46,089 bases of DNA from Desulfonatronovibrionaceae bacterium. GTDB lineage: Bacteria; Desulfobacterota; Desulfovibrionia; Desulfovibrionales; Desulfonatronovibrionaceae. The stretch is taken from NCBI GenBank assembly GCA_046539845.1, contig JBKHGE010000016.1:1-46089 (forward strand), in the 5' to 3' direction. Positions 19,272 to 28,086 of this stretch are shown in pieces (the stretch's first letter is position 1; each line of letters opens with the position of its first letter). The notes under the pieces were generated by a model that was given only the letters and a program-made list of their open reading frames with translations, had not been told where the DNA came from and ran no database searches. A program made the position numbers and the translations under genes.

Positions 19272-20767
19272 GGGACTCCCTCCCCAATTCCGGGCAAAAC
19301 CGCGGATGTCCCCTGGCCCAAAAGGGTAATCACTTCATCCGCCCGAAAGCCGAAGAGCACGCAAAGAACTCCCAGGCCCAAGGCGGAGAGGGTCATGAGC
19401 CAAGGCACCGGCTGCAGCTCGGCTGCATCTTCACTGCAGGGGACAAATGTATAGGACAGGATCTTGAACACATAGGCGGCGGTCAAAAGCCCGCCCAAGA
19501 CAATCACTCCCGCCCACCACCACTGTCCGGCGGCCAGAGAGCCGCGCAAAAGCATCCATTTGGCCACGAACCCAGCGCTCGGCGGCAGGCCCATGAGGCT
19601 CACCCCAGCCACTCCCAAAGCAAAGGTGACCACCGGCAGACGCCCGGCCACATTGCGCATGGCCTGGAGATGGTCCGTGCCCATGGCCCGGACCAGACAG
19701 CCGACGGACAGAAACAGGCCCGCCTTGGCCAAGCAATGGGATAGCGCGTAAAAAACGGTCCCGGTCCAGACCAGGCTGCTCCACTTTTGTCCCTCCGGTC
19801 CGGAGACAAGGGCAAAGACAAGGAAGAGATAGCCCATTTGGCCCACTGTGGAATAGGCAAGCAGAGGTTTCATACGGATCTGTCGTATCGCCTGCAGAGA
19901 TCCCCAAAGCACTGCCGCCCCGCCCAGCACACCCAAAAAAAAGCCTGGAAGCTGCCCGGCCGGAACCCGGGTGATGCCGGTAAATACTGTGAACCACACC
20001 CGGAGCAAAAGAAAAAACGAGGCCTTGACCACTAGAGCAGAGAGGATGGCACTCACCGGGGCCGGGGCGTTGGAATGGGCTGGGGGCAGCCAAAAATGAA
20101 AAGGCAGAAGCGCGGATTTGAGGGCCAGGCCAAAGACCATGAACCCGAAGGCTGAGGCCCAGACCGGGCCCGGCTCGGTGACTGCGCTCAAAAGGGAGAA
20201 ATCGAGCATCCCGGCCTTGGAGTACACCAGGGTCACTCCCAGGAGATACATGAAAGACCCTAGCATGGCCGCCAGGAGATAGCGCAGTCCAGCCTTGAGA
20301 GAGGCCGGACTTCCGGAGATAATGCTCAAACCCACTGCCGCCATAGTGGTAACTTCCAAAAGCACATAGGCGTTGAACAGGTCCGCGCACATAAAGATCC
20401 CGTTCAGCCCGGCCCAAAGTATAAGCCACAGGGCCCAAAAATATCCGGCGGTATCACTCTGTCCCTGTTCTGCGGAAAAGAAGCGGACCGCGTACAGGGT
20501 AATCAGGGTCCCGACCATGGCCGTAAGCAGGACAAAAAGGACCCCAAGCCCGTCCAAACGCAGGGCTATCCCCAAGGGGGCCACCCATCCGCCGAGCTGG
20601 ACGTGAATCGCCCCCTGCCGCCAGACCAGAAAAAGGAGCTTTACGCTCAAACCGAGAATAAAAACAGCCGAAAGCACGGCGGCCGAAGCAGCGATCCGGC
20701 CCCGGGAGGGGATGCAGACAATGGCCCCGAAAAAAGGGATAATCACCGCATACAGCAAAGCATTCAT
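19268..20767 (-). CDS. mrpD: Mrp subunit D-family antiporter (first paralogue)
   Basis: DLFNAYVLLEV, LKSALLPFHFWLPPAH, LVVK, LLAYSTVGQMG, GFVAKW. Confidence 0.88.
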   Translation of the reverse strand: MNALLYAVIIPFFGAIVCIPSRGRIAASAAVLSAVFILGLSVKLLFLVWRQGAIHVQLGGWVAPLGIALRLDGLGVLFVLLTAMVGTLITLYAVRFFSAEQGQSDTAGYFWALWLILWAGLNGIFMCADLFNAYVLLEVTTMAAVGLSIISGSPASLKAGLRYLLAAMLGSFMYLLGVTLVYSKAGMLDFSLLSAVTEPGPVWASAFGFMVFGLALKSALLPFHFWLPPAHSNAPAPVSAILSALVVKASFFLLLRVWFTVFTGITRVPAGQLPGFFLGVLGGAAVLWGSLQAIRQIRMKPLLAYSTVGQMGYLFLVFALVSGPEGQKWSSLVWTGTVFYALSHCLAKAGLFLSVGCLVRAMGTDHLQAMRNVAGRLPVVTFALGVAGVSLMGLPPSAGFVAKWMLLRGSLAAGQWWWAGVIVLGGLLTAAYVFKILSYTFVPCSEDAAELQPVPWLMTLSALGLGVLCVLFGFRADEVITLLGQGTSAVLPGIGEGVP

Positions 20768-21078
20768 TCCCGGTCACCATTGTCCCCTTCGTCATCCGCA
20801 TCCGGATTATCCAGATGGATACGCCGAATCAAAGCTAGGGCAAAGGCGGTGGCGCTCACAGTAACCACTATCCCGGTCAAAACCATGGCTTGAGGTATGG
20901 GGTCCGCGGTCTCCGCCCGGTTTCGATAGGCAGTGGATATGAGCAAAAGAAAAATCCCCCCGGAGATGATGTTCAGGGCCATTACCTTGCGCAAAAGATG
21001 GCGGCGGATGATAAGCCCATGGACACCGAGACAGATAAGGGCCGCTGCAGTGAGGCTGTACACAAGAAAAGTGCTCAC
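20764..21078 (-). CDS. mrpC: Mrp subunit C
   Basis: DPIPQAMVLTGIVV motif; three TM helices; GTG start overlapping the upstream stop. Confidence 0.92.
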   Translation of the reverse strand: MSTFLVYSLTAAALICLGVHGLIIRRHLLRKVMALNIISGGIFLLLISTAYRNRAETADPIPQAMVLTGIVVTVSATAFALALIRRIHLDNPDADDEGDNGDRE

Positions 21079-22079
21079 CGCCGCCCTCCTTTTTCCGCTC
21101 CGTCCGGTTCCCGCTGTCTGCCGCCCAGGGTTTCAATGGTCAGGGTGGCCAAAATCACCCCGATGGACAGCGTAGCTAGAGATTCCAGGGCCATGAGCAC
21201 CGGCTTGGTGAGGCCCGGCGGATAGCCCAGGACATGAGTGTCTGCATCCCAGGAGGCGAATACCGCCAAGGCCTCTACCGCCCCGAACCCGCAAATCACC
21301 AGGGCGTACCAGCCCCACCGAGGCAGGGCCGCCACAGACCTGTACCCGGCCAGCCAAAGCAGGGTCAGCCCGGAGGCCAGAATCACCCCGGCCTGAAAGG
21401 CCCCGCCCGGGGCGTGGTCTCCAAGGAGAAGCAGGTACACGGCCGTGGTGAATACCACCGGGATGAGCAGACGGACCAGCCAGAGCAAGACAGGACTCGG
21501 ACTACTCGGCGGCTCCAGTCCGCGAAGCGAATGCCTCCCGCCCGCTCCCCGGACCCCAAGAAGGGCCAAAACCAGTACAGCCAACTCCAGCCAAGTGTCA
21601 TAGAGCCGGAAATCAAGGAGCACAGCGGTCACCAGATGATCGATACCCCCGGAGTCAAAGGCCGCAGCCGCGAGTTCGGTCAGGCCTCTACCGGACCGAG
21701 GCAGTTCAAAAACGGCCGCAGCCAGAAGCCCGGCCAGCCCCAGTACCCCGAGCAAGGCGGTCAGTTGATGCACCCGGGTCGGACAGGCCCCGGGCCGATC
21801 CAGGCGGCAGGGCTGGGCCTCTTTGTCTTTTTTCCTGAAGTCCGGTTCCAGACCCTTGAAGGTCCCTAAAAGAAGCACTCCGGAAAGCCCGGCCCCGACC
21901 GCGGCCTCGGCCAAGGCTATGTCCGGCGCCATGAGCCGAAGCCAGACCAGGGCCAGAAACAAACCAAAGGAGACAAACAAAACAATAGCCTGGAATAGGT
22001 CCGAAGATTCCAGAAGGCGCCAAGCAGTGAGCAAAAGCGCGACAATAAGGAGGACATCCAGAAAAAACACCGGGCTCAT
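21075..22079 (-). CDS. mrpB: Fused DUF4040 + MnhB subunit (MrpA C-terminal part / MrpB)
   Basis: APDIALAEAAVGAG; VTAVLLDFRLYDTWLE; GDHAPGGAFQAG. Start at MSPVFF overlapping the mrpG stop. Confidence 0.85.
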   Translation of the reverse strand: MSPVFFLDVLLIVALLLTAWRLLESSDLFQAIVLFVSFGLFLALVWLRLMAPDIALAEAAVGAGLSGVLLLGTFKGLEPDFRKKDKEAQPCRLDRPGACPTRVHQLTALLGVLGLAGLLAAAVFELPRSGRGLTELAAAAFDSGGIDHLVTAVLLDFRLYDTWLELAVLVLALLGVRGAGGRHSLRGLEPPSSPSPVLLWLVRLLIPVVFTTAVYLLLLGDHAPGGAFQAGVILASGLTLLWLAGYRSVAALPRWGWYALVICGFGAVEALAVFASWDADTHVLGYPPGLTKPVLMALESLATLSIGVILATLTIETLGGRQREPDGAEKGGRR

Positions 22080-22363
22080 CTCCTCCTCCGCAGTCCGCTC
22101 AGTATGCTCCGACCCAGGAGGAAACAGATGGTCGATCCGCCGACCATGGCCAGCATCCAGATAAGCCCGATCTTGGCGGCCGCAAGCAAAGAATCCGAAG
22201 CCAGCATAAGCCCAATGGCCACAAAACCCAGGCCCAGGTTGTCCGCCTTGGTCAAGGCGTGCAGACGGCTTAATGAATCCGGGAAACGTAGCAGCCCCAC
22301 GGTCCCGGCCAAAAAGAAAAACGCCCCGGCCAGGCATAAAATCCGGCCCAGGATTTCCGTCAT
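22076..22363 (-). CDS. mrpG: Mrp subunit G
   Basis: GLLRFPDSLSRLHALTKADNLG signature. Confidence 0.92.
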   Translation of the reverse strand: MTEILGRILCLAGAFFFLAGTVGLLRFPDSLSRLHALTKADNLGLGFVAIGLMLASDSLLAAAKIGLIWMLAMVGGSTICFLLGRSILSGLRRRR

Positions 22364-22641
22364 GGGTTTTCTCCGTCTCCGGGGTCGGTCCTTACCCCCG
22401 GGGCCCGGACGAACGCGACCACGGCCAGAACTGCCAAAAGCGCGAAAATAAGCGCGGTGTTACGCAGGGCGGGAGCGTTAAAGGCCGCGGCCAGAAGGAG
22501 CAAAACAGCTACTCCCGTGGTCCCGAAAAGCTGCATGGCCGCCAGACGATCCTCGGGCTCCGGTCCCCGAAAGACTCGGATCAGGCCGATAAGCATGGTC
22601 AAAAGCAAAAAACAGGCGACACCAAGAAAAAACATGTCCAT
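22360..22641 (-). CDS. mrpF: Mrp subunit F
   Basis: RVFRGPEPEDR motif, three TM helices; start at MDMFF. Confidence 0.88.
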   Translation of the reverse strand: MDMFFLGVACFLLLTMLIGLIRVFRGPEPEDRLAAMQLFGTTGVAVLLLLAAAFNAPALRNTALIFALLAVLAVVAFVRAPGVRTDPGDGENP

Positions 22642-22718
22642 ACCCGCCCCACAATGGTTCGGTCTTAAAAGCTTAAACAAACACTCTCTGTTTTTGCCAA
22701 GCCAATCCCAAAAAGTCC

Positions 22719-22734
22719 AGGCAGGAATTTTGCA
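22719..22734 (+). promoter_or_regulatory. Candidate sigma-54 (-24/-12) promoter for the MFS gene
   Basis: AGGCAGGAATTTTGCA: GG-N10-GC spacing, close to consensus TGGCACG-N4-TTGC, about 140 bp upstream of ATG 22873. Confidence 0.45.
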
Positions 22735-22791
22735 ATTAGCCCGGACATAAAAGCCTTTACTAAAAGGACAACTTCAGTAAGCATTGTATTA

Positions 22792-22829
22792 GCCGCTATC
22801 CGGTCTAACGGAAGCGGCGCTGTTTTTTT
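22792..22829 (+). terminator. Intrinsic-terminator-like hairpin in the MFS leader
   Basis: GCCGCT-a-TCCG/gtctaa/CGGA-AGCGGC followed by gctg and T7. Confidence 0.5.
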
Positions 22830-22872
22830 ATCTGCCAAGCACTTTCAGCCAAGCGAATACACAGAAAAACAT

Positions 22873-24354
22873 ATGACCGACACAATTGACGCCCCCGGAA
22901 AGGACATACATCAGACGATCAGCCGCAAGCACAAGTGGATGACCCTTACGGCCGTGGGGCTAAGCATCCTCATGGGCACCATTGACATGAGCATTGTCAA
23001 TGTTTCCCTGCCCATTCTTGTAGACGAGCTGGATACAAACTTTTCCACCGTGCAATGGGTCATACTGGGCTACGTACTGGTCAACACCTCGCTCATGCTC
23101 GGCGTGGCCAGACTTGGCGACCTGTACAACAAAAAGACCTTATATGTAGCCGGCCTGGCCATCTTTACCATAGGCTCTTTTCTCTGCGGTCTGTCCTGGA
23201 ATATCTACTGGCTGATCGCCTTCCGTGTCCTGCAGGGACTAGGCGGGGTCTTCCTTCAGGCCCTGGGCATGGCCCTGGTGGTGGAGGTCTTTCCCTTGTA
23301 TGAACGCGGTCGGGCCCTGGGACTCATTGGCGGGGTGGTTTCCGTGGGACTTTCCTCCGGACCGGCCCTGGGCGGGATCATTATCGGCACTCTGGGCTGG
23401 AACTGGATATTCTGGATAAATATCCCCATCGGGGCTCTGGCCATTTACACCCTGCTCCGCTACGTCCCATCCTCAGGCGGGCGCAAGGAGAAACAGGGCT
23501 TTGATCTTATCGGAACGCTGGTCATGATGATTGTTCTTTCCTGCTACGCCCTGGCCATGACCAGGGGCCAGGACAGCGGGTTCAATCAACCGCTTATACA
23601 GATCCTGCTTTTAACCTCTGGCGTGGGGGCCGTGTTTTTCCTTCTTCTAGAAAAAAGACTCAAACGGCCCATGGTCGATCTGGCCCTTTTCCGCAACATC
23701 CTGTTCGGACTGGGCATTTTAATGGGCTTTATGACCTTTATCCTGCTCGGGGGAACCATGTTCCTTTTGCCCTTTTTCCTCAAATACGTGCAGGGCTATC
23801 CGACCCAGATCGTGGGACTTTTGCTCATGGTAGTGCCCATAGGCGAAGGTGTCATCTCCCCGGTTGCCGGCTGGCTGGCGGACAGATGGGGACCGCTGGG
23901 GATCAGGTTGATCGGGAGTATTACCATAATGTTCGGCTGCTTTCTGGTCAGCACCATACACGCGGAGACCACGATGCTCGGCTATATCGCCAGGATCTTT
24001 CCCCTGGGCATGGGCATCGGCACTTTCCAGGCCACAAACAACACCGCGGTCATGGGCTCGGTCCCCGGGAAAAGACTGGGTATATCCTCCGGTCTTCTGG
24101 CCCTGTCCCGGAACCTGGGCGTGACTACAGGTATTCCCCTGGTGGGGACCCTTTTCACCGCCCTTATCCTTTCGACCACCGGGACCGCGTCCATGGACAT
24201 AAGCTCAGTTTCCGCCTCAGCCATAAGCTACGGATTCAGCCGGACATATTTATGGATGGGATTTTTCATGCTCCTGCCGGTGATCCTGGGTGGAATAAGC
24301 CTGTGGTACGCAAAAACGCATCCTGCGGCAGAGGTGGAGGACTTATCGCCTTGA
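22873..24354 (+). CDS. MFS efflux transporter, DHA2 (EmrB/QacA) family
   Basis: IDMSIVNVSLP, ARLGDLYNKK (motif A), FRVLQGLGG, GPALGG, WIFWINIPIG, PMVDLALF; about 14 TM. Confidence 0.92.
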   Translation: MTDTIDAPGKDIHQTISRKHKWMTLTAVGLSILMGTIDMSIVNVSLPILVDELDTNFSTVQWVILGYVLVNTSLMLGVARLGDLYNKKTLYVAGLAIFTIGSFLCGLSWNIYWLIAFRVLQGLGGVFLQALGMALVVEVFPLYERGRALGLIGGVVSVGLSSGPALGGIIIGTLGWNWIFWINIPIGALAIYTLLRYVPSSGGRKEKQGFDLIGTLVMMIVLSCYALAMTRGQDSGFNQPLIQILLLTSGVGAVFFLLLEKRLKRPMVDLALFRNILFGLGILMGFMTFILLGGTMFLLPFFLKYVQGYPTQIVGLLLMVVPIGEGVISPVAGWLADRWGPLGIRLIGSITIMFGCFLVSTIHAETTMLGYIARIFPLGMGIGTFQATNNTAVMGSVPGKRLGISSGLLALSRNLGVTTGIPLVGTLFTALILSTTGTASMDISSVSASAISYGFSRTYLWMGFFMLLPVILGGISLWYAKTHPAAEVEDLSP

Positions 24355-24637
24355 TGCGAATAACAGCAGCCGAAAGCTGAAATCCTGGTAAAAAAAGTTC
24401 TTCCTGAGGGAGCATACTTCTGTGAGTAAATCACCCATTTTACTAAAGACGCGGGGTACGCAAAGGAAATAATCAATTCTCTCCCGGCTCCCGACCCAGT
24501 TATTATTAACTCGCCTAATAGTCCCCGGCCATAAAAACAGGACTCCGGAGGGGCGAGCCTCCAAAAATATCAGGCGGAGAGAATCCACATCAAACGTCAG
24601 AGAACCATCTTTTCCCGCGTTGCGGGCCGGTCTCGCT

Positions 24638-26191
24638 TCAGGAGGAAAAACCCGGTGGCAGACCGCCTTTTTCGGAAGAGGACTCCTCCGGCTCATCATC
24701 CTTGTGCCTGCGGCTTATGGACAGTTTCAGCCTGCGGCCGTGCTCCCGGAAGCTCCCTTTTTCCAGGCGCAAGGCCCCGGCCGGGGATACGGTTATCGCC
24801 GGGTACCCGCGCACCGGACAGGCGTATTCGCACGCGCCACACCCGGTACAACGCTCCTCTCGGACAAAGGGAACCGCTTCCGGCTTCCCCTCCATCCGAC
24901 GCATTTCTATCGCCCCGTACGGGCAGGCCTCGTCACAGACCAGACAGGCCCGTCCCCATTCCCAGGCCAGGCACCGGTCCCGGTGGACGACCGCCGTGCC
25001 CATCTTGGCCCACATCTTCTCGGAGACAGGCAGATTACGGATGGCCCCGGTGGGACATATCCGCCCGCACGCGGAGCACTCATACCGACACGGCCCCCGT
25101 CTGGCCCGGGCCGCGGGCGCAAAAATCCCCTGTCCGCCCTCATCCATTCCCTGCGGCTGGAGCATGTTCGTGGGGCAGACCCGCATGCACGCACCGCAAC
25201 GAACGCAAAAATCCAGAAACTGCCCCTCGGGCAGGGCACCGGGGGGACGGACCAGCTCCCCGGATGAGGGCTGGCCTTTGTCCCGGGGCCCGCGATGGGA
25301 ATACAGACCGCTCCAGACCAGCCAGGCCGCGGCCGTCCCCAGAAAAGCGCCCCCTATGAACTGCCGCCTCTTGGGCCAGAATCTCTGTCCCCGGCCCTTA
25401 TTAGCAGCCCAAAAAACCGCCCCTTCCGGACAGATTTGTGCACATCTGCGGCAAACCAGGCACTCCGAGGAGCCCTCCTTCCAGGGAAAGATCCCGGACG
25501 GACAGACCTGTTCGCACCTGCGACACTCGGTGCACTCCGGGCCGGTCTTTCTGGAAAGCAGGGGACGCAGACCCGTAATCCCGAGCAAGGCCCCGGTGGG
25601 GCACAGATACCTGCACCAGAAACGGGGCACGAGCCAGGCACTGCCCACCGCCAGGCCCAAAAGAAATAGCAAGCCGGTCAGGTGATCCACACGGGCCGGT
25701 TCAGAGGGGAAGACCGCTTCCGGGGTCACCCCCAAAGGATAAAGCAAAAAATGGACAAACGGCCACAGAACAAGCGTGAACAGGCGTGAGGCCAGGGAAA
25801 GAGGCGAGGTCCAATGGGTCAGGTTTTCCCCCCATAGGGCGGCCAAAATAACGGCGATAAGCAGGACGTACTTGACCCGTCTTAAGGACTGCGGCGGACG
25901 CCGAAAAGAGGCGCCGGAAAGAGCGGAAACCGCATCCATGCTTGATCCCAGGGGGCATATATGGCTGCAGAAAAAACGACCCAAGACCAGCCCGCTGAGG
26001 ACCACCACCCCGGCTTGCACTACGCCGGGAGGAAAAACCCCTGAGGAGAGAAGCGCGCCCAGCCACAAGAGCGGATCCAGGCGCACCAGTTCCGGAAGCG
26101 GGCTGCACCCAGCCCAGTCCTGAACACTTATGGCCACTGCGGCCATAAACAATAGCCAAAACCCGGTCTGCACAACCCGGCGAAGCAGCAT
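24638..26191 (-). CDS. Membrane 4Fe-4S protein (NapH/MauN-like membrane part + NapG-like polyferredoxin)
   Basis: GRFFCSHICPLG, RFWCRYLCPTG, several CxxCxxCxxxCP, VRPPGAL. Confidence 0.88.
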   Translation of the reverse strand: MLLRRVVQTGFWLLFMAAVAISVQDWAGCSPLPELVRLDPLLWLGALLSSGVFPPGVVQAGVVVLSGLVLGRFFCSHICPLGSSMDAVSALSGASFRRPPQSLRRVKYVLLIAVILAALWGENLTHWTSPLSLASRLFTLVLWPFVHFLLYPLGVTPEAVFPSEPARVDHLTGLLFLLGLAVGSAWLVPRFWCRYLCPTGALLGITGLRPLLSRKTGPECTECRRCEQVCPSGIFPWKEGSSECLVCRRCAQICPEGAVFWAANKGRGQRFWPKRRQFIGGAFLGTAAAWLVWSGLYSHRGPRDKGQPSSGELVRPPGALPEGQFLDFCVRCGACMRVCPTNMLQPQGMDEGGQGIFAPAARARRGPCRYECSACGRICPTGAIRNLPVSEKMWAKMGTAVVHRDRCLAWEWGRACLVCDEACPYGAIEMRRMEGKPEAVPFVREERCTGCGACEYACPVRGYPAITVSPAGALRLEKGSFREHGRRLKLSISRRHKDDEPEESSSEKGGLPPGFSS

Positions 26192-27114
26192 TAAAGCTCC
26201 AGCTGCCGGACATCCAGATTATCTATATCCATCCTGCCCAGTCCCCATTCATGTGCTATTCGGATGTGATCCACCTTGCCCGCGGATATTTTCTGCCCGT
26301 ACCAGGAGACCATGGCCGCGACCTTTGCGTCCGCGGCCACCATATCCCGGGAGGCCACCACAGTGTCCAGCCTCTCCACCTTGCCCGGACCGCTCGGTCC
26401 CTTGGTGGTCAGGGCCCGGGTGACATCGATCACGGTCAAATCCGCTCTAAGCAGACGGGAGAGGTCCGCGATCGCGGTGTGCAGCTCATAGCGCCTATGC
26501 ATCACCCCGCGGTCGGCGATAAGCCCCATCATCCCCTTCATGGACAGGCTGACCCCGGTGGCGCTGTGGTGCTTGGCCACAGGCGCGGCAATCAACACAT
26601 CCGCTTCCAGGACCTCGCGCAGGACATCGGTCTCAGTAAAGTGTTCCCCCCCGGGAATATCGGTGGCAACAAACCCCTTGGAACCGTCCAGGGCCCGCAC
26701 CTCACTGTTCGGCAGGGAACTGCACGCAGCCCGGATGCCTGAATTCTCTACACAGGCCTTTGGACTCCGCAGGGTATGATCGGGGATCAAAACGCTGGAC
26801 GCCCCGGCTTCAAGGCACATTCCGGCCAAAGCGCTCACCACCTCCGGGTGGGTGGTGGTACCCATTTCCGGCTGATTGTCAAAACTCATATTCGGCTTGA
26901 TGACCACCTTTTGTCCGGAAGAGACAAAGGCGCCCATCCCTCCCAAAAGCTTCACCGCGGCCCGGGTGGCCTCCCCGGGCCCGCCGCTGACAACGGCCAA
27001 GTCCGGATCCGGGGCAGCCCACAGCCTCTGAGGTACGCCGCTGACCGACCCGGCCACAGTAAGGGCCGCTCCGGCCTGCCACTTCAAGAATTCGCGTCTG
27101 GTAAAGCGGCCCAT
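26191..27114 (-). CDS. DUF362 domain protein with Tat signal peptide
   Basis: TRREFLK; KVVIKPN, TTHPEVV, PVAKHH..TGVSLSMKGMMG, DMVAAD; RBS AGGAGG; stop overlaps the next start. Confidence 0.88.
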   Translation of the reverse strand: MGRFTRREFLKWQAGAALTVAGSVSGVPQRLWAAPDPDLAVVSGGPGEATRAAVKLLGGMGAFVSSGQKVVIKPNMSFDNQPEMGTTTHPEVVSALAGMCLEAGASSVLIPDHTLRSPKACVENSGIRAACSSLPNSEVRALDGSKGFVATDIPGGEHFTETDVLREVLEADVLIAAPVAKHHSATGVSLSMKGMMGLIADRGVMHRRYELHTAIADLSRLLRADLTVIDVTRALTTKGPSGPGKVERLDTVVASRDMVAADAKVAAMVSWYGQKISAGKVDHIRIAHEWGLGRMDIDNLDVRQLEL

Positions 27115-27277
27115 AATTCCTCCTTTTGCTGTCTATAATCGGAAAAGACTCCCGCATACCGGTTGTTTACCCTGGGACCAGGCCGCCACACAAGGAGAGG
27201 CAAAGCCAGCCGGGATGTCTAATTGTAATTGAGCAGATAAGCACGCAAGAGTCAAACCCCTATGACCACGGCCGCCC

Positions 27278-28039
27278 TCAAGAAGGCGGAGTAAGCCCCA
27301 GGGAACGCAACCTGTTGCGCATTTTTTCCATATGCGAGCCGGACCAGTAGATGCGTTCGCAGCCGGGGCAAAGGAAGAATTCCTGGAAATACTTTTTGGT
27401 CTTGGGCAAAAGGCGGTGCTCGATCTCGGATTTGTCCACCCGGGCAAGCGGGGTATTGCAGCGCAGGCAGCGGATAAAAAAAGGACCGGGCTGGATACCG
27501 AAAAACTCCACCACTTCTTTCAATTGCCGGTCCGGGTCCCCGGAACGGATGAGCCGGCCGAACTTTATTTGTTTTCTTTTGAGCAGACCGGAATCCCGGC
27601 TCAAGACCACCCGCCTTTCCTGCTCGGCCTCGGCTGCGATACGCGCATCGTCCCAATAATTCTCCTGCAAGACATCCGCCCCGATCATGCGTAAAAGAAC
27701 GGCCAGCTTGCCCACGTTCACATCGCAGATAAACTTGAGCCCGGGCAGGGGGTCGGGCCGAAGCGGACCGGGCCGGGTGACATCGAACGGAGGGGTGATG
27801 GAGTGGACCTGTAAACGGTTTAAAGGGGCGGGGATATACTCCCAGCCTACACGAGTTCCTTGGCAGCTGATTTCCCCGATTTCGGTGTGCGGGACGCCCA
27901 GGGCCTCCAGGATATCTTTGATGCTTGCCCGACGCTCAAGTGGATACACCACCTTTTGCAGACCGTGCTTCGTGATCCCGGCCAGTTCCGGATCCAGGAT
28001 TATGGTTATCGGATGTATTGGCTGGCAAGCCTCTTGCAT
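27278..28039 (-). CDS. Mut7-C RNase domain protein with N-terminal ubiquitin-like domain
   Basis: SIKDILEALGVPHTEI; FICDVNVGKLA..LRMIGAD, LSRD; Zn ribbon RCLRCN...CPGC.RIYWSGSH. Confidence 0.88.
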   Translation of the reverse strand: MQEACQPIHPITIILDPELAGITKHGLQKVVYPLERRASIKDILEALGVPHTEIGEISCQGTRVGWEYIPAPLNRLQVHSITPPFDVTRPGPLRPDPLPGLKFICDVNVGKLAVLLRMIGADVLQENYWDDARIAAEAEQERRVVLSRDSGLLKRKQIKFGRLIRSGDPDRQLKEVVEFFGIQPGPFFIRCLRCNTPLARVDKSEIEHRLLPKTKKYFQEFFLCPGCERIYWSGSHMEKMRNRLRSLGLTPPS

Positions 28040-28086
28040 AATACCTCAAACAGCTTGGCCATGCCCGGGGCGATCCCAGACAGGGA

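Noticed and set aside
15341..22641. Membrane-bound hydrogenase or complex I rather than Mrp
   Set aside because: No NiFe large/small, NuoH-like or Fe-S subunits in the operon; the E, F, G and C subunits are Mrp-type.
22790..22820. GCTATCCGGTCTAAC resembles part of a c-di-GMP-I riboswitch
   Set aside because: The upstream GCAAA...GAAA...GACGCAAAG elements are missing.
24343..24699. 118-aa minus-strand ORF between the MFS and Fe-S genes
   Set aside because: Overlaps both neighbours, has no evident RBS and no recognisable motif.
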